64,000 bases of DNA from Mobula hypostoma. Its lineage: Eukaryota. The notes below the pieces were generated by a model. The model was not told the DNA's origin, searched no databases, and was given only the letters and a program-made list of their open reading frames with translations. The DNA lies in contig NC_086097.1 of assembly GCF_963921235.1 (NCBI RefSeq), forward strand, positions 84,446,001 through 84,510,000, read 5' to 3'. Below are positions 59,804-64,000 of the stretch, piece by piece (the first letter of the stretch is position 1; each line of letters starts with the position of its first letter). Position numbers and translations under genes: made by a program.

Positions 59804-61071
59804 CCTAAACTTCAACCTTTTCCTAACTATTTTTACAAATTTTATTCATAGTCTTTATGGGTGTTTAGGATTAGGCCTGAAAGATAAATACACACTAGGG
59901 CCAAAATGTTACATGGGGTTTGCGTCGAATTTCTGTCCAACTCTGTCAAGGATGTTTACGCTACCGCCTCAGTACCAGCTTATTGCAGGCATGATGAAAG
60001 TGAAGGAGCAAGTAGATAGAATAGAGCATGATTTAGCCCAAGGGGCTTAATTACATTAATTGTCCAGCAAAACTTTTACCAACAATCACAACTCATAAAA
60101 ATGAATTTACAATCCAGGCTATATTCTGTACAATATTCTTTAGACAACGGCCAATTTCAGTTGTAGGAGTGGTCCTCGTATGACAGCCACTAAGGTGGAC
60201 AGCAAACCACCTGGACCTCTATAGCAGGAGTTGTGCATTCCCAGGCATTGCTGGCAGAGACCCTGCTCAAACCTAATGGGAACTGATAGCCTCTATGTAT
60301 TGGCAGCAGGATGTTGGACAGCAGGAGAAAACAGCTGGAGAGCCAAAGCACACAGTCAATGGTTGAGAGAGGGAGGGGGGCTATTCTTGCTGTCAGGGAT
60401 GGGGAAGGAAGTGCAGGGAGAATGCATTTTTCTTTGAGGGCCCAGAGAAACTCTGTTTATCACAGACGAGAAAAACATTAAAGAAAATCCTCGCTGGTTT
60501 CTGGACCTGTTCTGATCCCAGTTACCCTTCCCAGCAGGTTATTCACTCAACACGGGTTGAGTGAATTACATCCACATACTGTAGTTAGAGTCCTTTTGTC
60601 TTCTAGGGAATATCAACCCTGGAAACCAGTGCGGTAATTGACACCTCAATTACTACACTCCTGTAAATGTCAGATGCACAGTGAATGTTGGGTATTTTTG
60701 TTAAAAGTATCAGATGTCCGCTAGGTATTTTCAGAATTCAAAACCGCTACAGGTTTCTATTACCATTCTGATACTACTTATGCCACAATTCATACGTAGC
60801 ATGTTAATATGATGCATTTAGTCTGGATTTCAGCAAAGCAAAGTGGTGTATGGCATTTATGCTGTTAAATCCATTTGGCTATGCTGCTGGTGTATTCACA
60901 TTGTCCAATAAAAACAGAAATCTATCAACAAGTTGAGAACTTTCCACTGAACACTCTGCAGACTTGGTGCCTGTGAGCAGCAACATGGGCTTCACACCTT
61001 TAACGTTGCCAATTCCTTGGATTTTATTTGTCCAGATACATTTGTAATTAAATCCTCTGTTAGTCACTTTT

Positions 61072-62015
61072 AGACCATAAGACATGGATGCAGAATTAGG
61101 CAATTTGCCCGTTGAATCTAGTCTGCCATTCCATCACGGCTGATTTATTATCCCTCTCAACCCATTTTCTTGCCTTTTCCTTGTAACTTCTGATGCCCTG
61201 ACTAATCAAGAATCTATCAACCTCTGCTCATCATATACTGTACACAATGGCTTGGCCTCCATAGCCGTCTGTGGTAATATTCACTAGGTTTCAATGAGAT
61301 GCCCCCTGATTCTTCTAAACTTCAGCAAGCACAGGGCTAGCGACATCAAACACTCTTCTTATGTTAACCATTTCATTCTAGAATGATTCTCATGAACCTC
61401 CTTTGGGCTCTCTCCAATGTCAACACACCTTTTCTTAGATAAGGGGCCCAAACCTGTTCACAATACTCCAAATGTGTCTGACCAGTAACTTAATAAAACT
61501 TCAGCATTACGTCTTTGCTCTTATATTCCAGTCCTCTCAAAATGAATGCTATCGATGCATTTGCCTTCCTTACCACCAAATCGACCTGCAAGCTAACCTT
61601 TAGGGCATCCTGCACAAGGACTCCCTTTGTCACTTTGTATCTCTGATTTTGAATTTTCTCCCCATTTAGGAAATAGTCTATGCCTTTATTCCTTTGACCA
61701 AAGTGCATGACCATACACTGCCCTAAACTATTTTCCATCTGCCACTTCTTTGCCCATTCTCCTAGACTAAGTCCTTCTGCAAACTCCCTGTTTACTTAAT
61801 ACTACCAGCCCCTCCACCTACAGTATCTTTGTATCATCCGCAAACTTGGCCATAAAGCCATCAATTCCATTATCCAAGTCACTGACAATCATTGAAAAGA
61901 AGCAGTACCAACACTGACCCCTGTGGAACACCACCAGTCACCGACAGCCAACCAGAAGAAGCTCCCTTTATTCCCACTCTGTGTCCTGCCAGTCAGTCAA
62001 TCTTCTATCCATATC
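61072..62015 (-). mobile_element. CR1 3' part with internal deletion
   Basis: Tail agaccataagacat; VMHFGQRN..KANASIAFI.RGLEYKS; FADDTK (gtatcatccgcaaa) and PQGSVL regions. Confidence 0.9.
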
Positions 62016-62313
62016 AGTATTTTATATCCAATCAGTTCACCTGAATGCTATTCAATGAACTTCTCCCATAATGACCTAATTTCACCCCAGAAGATATTTC
62101 AAGCTTGGTTTATTTTAAAACCAATTCTGTTGAGAAATTAAATTACAACAGAAATTTCATGACTCAACTTAAATTTGTCTGTCTGGACTAACCGCATCTT
62201 TGCATTATTAAACATTGTAAAAATTTCTTTTGCCTTCACACAAACCCTGCTTACAACATTGATGTTACAGACTTATTTGTGTTTACTACATGCCTATATA
62301 TGGTTAAGTCCAG

Positions 62314-62410
62314 GCAACACACACAAAATGCTGGAGGAACTCAGCACGCCAGGTAGCATCTATGGAAAAGAGTATAGTTAACATTTTGAGCTGAGACCCT
62401 TCATCAGGAC
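62314..62410 (-). mobile_element. Penelope-like terminal remnant (degenerate hammerhead)
   Basis: acacacaaaatgctggaggaactcagc..gagacccttcatcaggac; the GAAA box is mutated. Confidence 0.8.
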
Positions 62411-63419
62411 AAAGCACCTGGAAATCCCACCGGTCGAACATGTCTTAAAAACAAACACCACACTGCAGACTACTTACTTACAACTACTCAATGGCATCAG
62501 ACACCACTGTGGGGGAAAGTTATTAAACATAGGGGTAAAATCTTATGAAGATATATTGGGAAATAGTCAGCTTCTCCCTTTCTGAATCATGTATATGGAT
62601 TTGCTAGAAGAAGCCTCCTCATGGAAACTAGTGTCCAGTTAGTGTCCAGCCAACAGTACTCAAGGTATTGCTGCAAAGTTCATTCTTTAAACAGAACCAA
62701 CAAAGAGCACTGAAATAGTTGTCATTAGATCTTCTTAATTTCAGTATATGTTGGAGCCATTTCTGGCCACCACCAAGTGTCCAGATAGCCTTGTTACATC
62801 CCTTCCTTGGCCCACCTCTACAAACTCCGCCATCACCCTTGCGACAACCCTATCAATTCCAAACAGTGTCTGCAACTTGCTGGTATAACAACATGATTTT
62901 ATATCACAGCTTCACCAAAGTACAAATGTCCCAGTGTGAATGATAGGAATATTATTTTTATACTGAGCTAATTTTTGTTTTACTGCTTACTTGTCTTTTA
63001 AGATGTGGTAAGTCAGCACTTTCTCTTCAGAAGACTTTGGTGAGCAGTTTTCTGCAATTGTTGCAGTTCTTTTGGCCAAGATACTCTCACCCACTGCTAA
63101 GGTGATGGTGTCTAGCATTTAAACCAAATGATGACTTGGAGAGGTGATGTCCCTGGACATCAGCTGTGCTTACCCTTTTGTAGTAAGGTCATGTCTGAGA
63201 GGTACTGGAGGAGGGGAGGAAGTGGATTGGATAGGTGGGATGAAATGCCAATCAAGTGAACAACTTTTGTCCATGGTAACAATTTGCATCCAGAACAGTT
63301 TTCATAACCAATGAATTCCCACCCTGAAGCTCATTGGCTGTCGTAGAGGGCACTGAAAATGAAAGCCTATCTTTGACATTCAAACAGTGGAGAAAGTTTG
63401 AAATAAATAAAAGTATTAA

Positions 63420-63895
63420 ACTGCACAAGATTATATTTAGAAACACACAAATCCCTGAGGGATCTGGACAGGGTGGATGTGGAGATGATGCTTCTTCCTG
63501 TGGGGACACTGGAGAACCAAGGTGTAAGTTTAAAAATAAAAGATTCTCAATTCAACAACAGATTAAGGTAATGTTTTTTCTCATAGAGAAGGGGTTCCCA
63601 ACCTAGGGTCAATGGATCCCTTGCTTAATGGTATTGGTCCATGGCATAAAAGGGGTTGGGAACCCCTTTCTTAGAGGGTTGCGAGACACTAGAATTCTCT
63701 TCCTCAAAATGGCAGTGGAATCAGTGTTGTCTGTATACTTTTTTTTAAAGGCAGAGATAGGTAGATGATGGATCGCAAAGTTACCATGGGTAGCTGTGAA
63801 TTCAGAGATAAGCACACAGTTAGATCAGCATGATTTTATTGAATGAGTAAACAGGCTGGAGGAGTTGAATAGCCTGCTGCTCCTTCTAATTCATA
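63420..63895 (+). mobile_element. Old CR1 3' end
   Basis: ggatctggacagggtggatgtggagatg; tttaaaggcagagataggtag; tail gcctgctgctcct. Confidence 0.7.
63589..63668. mobile_element. 80-bp hAT MITE
   Basis: Perfect 15-bp TIRs aaggggttcccaacc / ggttgggaacccctt. TSD tcatagag/tcttagag (63581-63588, 63669-63676). Confidence 0.9.
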
Positions 63896-64000
63896 GCTTT
63901 GGACGGTACTCATGTCTTATTTTAATGGGTTGCTATGCTTAAACCTAACTGGGAAATTTCCATTGTCCTGGATCATATTGTCAAGGAAGCACAACACTTC

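Overview
Eukaryotic, repeat-dense, non-genic (intronic or intergenic) DNA. The repeat inventory points to a cartilaginous fish, probably a ray; this is inference from recalled repeat families, not a database result. It includes CR1 and Rex1/Babar LINE fragments, V-SINE/HE1-like SINEs, Penelope-like remnants, hAT, Tc1 and Chapaev3 DNA transposons. No intact protein-coding gene is recognisable, and every recognisable ORF is a decayed transposon fragment. Many insertions are nested and several keep readable target-site duplications (TSDs). The most interesting signals are: (1) about 8 Penelope-like remnants, most carrying all or part of a minimal hammerhead-ribozyme motif, with one copy fully intact at 25380-25417; (2) two independent 46-bp fold-back duplications inside young CR1 copies; (3) a Chapaev3-type element with both TIRs and a TAA TSD; (4) modular SINEs (a MetaSINE-like element, a sister with the same head but a different body, an RTE-tailed SINE) and a LINE with a tRNA-like 5' head; (5) two Rex1 insertions that split CR1 copies at the same GNY|RP codon boundary. 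I did not find a clearly novel multi-gene system. Boundaries of old repeats are approximate.
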